Origin: Hemiscyllium ocellatum
Taxonomy: Eukaryota
Direction: 5' to 3'
DNA: 64,000 bases
NCBI RefSeq assembly: GCF_020745735.1
Contig: NC_083402.1
Coordinates: 8,446,004 to 8,510,003, forward strand
This document shows positions 63,352-64,000 of this stretch, one piece after another. The notes under the pieces were generated by a model, which was not told the origin of the DNA, searched no databases, and saw only the letters and a list, made by a program, of their open reading frames with translations. Positions within the stretch are counted from its first letter, which is position 1; each line of letters starts with the position of its first letter. A program made the position numbers and the translations under genes.

Positions 63352-63605
63352 TTTACCCATTCACTTAAACTACGGATACAGTTTGCAGATGCTCTAACTA
63401 CTCTCAACAACTTGCATTCTTTCATATATTAATGTCATTGGAAAAAATGTAGTGTGCATTCCATGCATCTGGCCCCTGCATTCATTATCACTGACAGAGA
63501 TTGTAAAACATTGAGGACCAGGCACTAATCTCTCATTACAGATTGCCAATCCAAAAGCGATCTATATTCACTGCTTTTTGTTTGCTAGTCAAATCTTTAT
63601 TCATG

Positions 63606-64000
63606 TAAAAAATGATGTCTGCAGATGCTGGAGATCACAGCTGAAAATGTGTTGCTGGTCAAAGCACAGCAGGCCAGGCAGCATCTCAGGAATAGGGAAT
63701 TCGACGTTTCGAGCATAAGCCCTTCATCAGGAATGAGAGAGAGTAGCCAAGCAGGCTAAGATAAAAGGTAGGGAGGAGGGACTTGGGGGACGGGCGATGG
63801 AGGTAGGATAGGTGGACCTGGGGGGTGCAGTGAGAGAGAGACTCACTGAAATCCTTGTAGAGGGAGGAAGAGAGCTTCTTCAAGGAAGGCATCCTTGCCA
63901 GAGGATTCGCAGTAGGTTAAAATCTTCGAGTAAAAAATGAGGTCTGCAGATGCTGGAAATCACAGCTGAAAATGTGTTGCTGGTCAAAGCACAGCAGGCC
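63606..64000 (-). mobile_element. Tandem internally deleted PLE, 325-bp period
   Basis: TAAAAAATGA(T/G)GTCTGCAGATGCTGG...CACAGCAGGCC at 63606 and 63931; hammerhead-core-like motif at ~63700-63733 (minus). Confidence 0.65.

Overview
Repeat-rich vertebrate DNA, inferred to be elasmobranch (shark), from its CR1 LINEs, HE1/V-SINE-type SINEs, Penelope-like elements and LTR elements. A 200-N gap at 5978-6177 separates two contigs. Bases 6178-45311 form one giant inverted duplication with ~19.6-kb arms and no spacer, folding between 25710 and 25711. The fold lies inside a Penelope-type hairpin mini-element that had inserted in a Gypsy gag. The arms differ mostly by homopolymer indels, and their frameshifts complement each other, so a fold-back read or assembly artefact is the most likely explanation; a real palindrome is not excluded. 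The host genes are immune-receptor-like and lie on the minus strand of the non-redundant sequence. One is a signal-peptide exon (43276-43336) plus a Siglec-15-like V-set exon (29532-29917), both mirrored in the left arm, with its downstream exons missing past the fold. The other is the 3' end of an upstream gene with two paralogous ITIM-like mini-exons (60278-60325, 58164-58217). Also present: a near full-length decayed CR1 nested in a Penelope-like element that abuts a retrovirus-like gag-pro-RT fragment; at least four ~210-240-bp asymmetric hairpin elements with 12-14-bp TSDs and hammerhead-core-like motifs; and a CR1-derived minisatellite. All calls were made by eye, and repeat boundaries are approximate.
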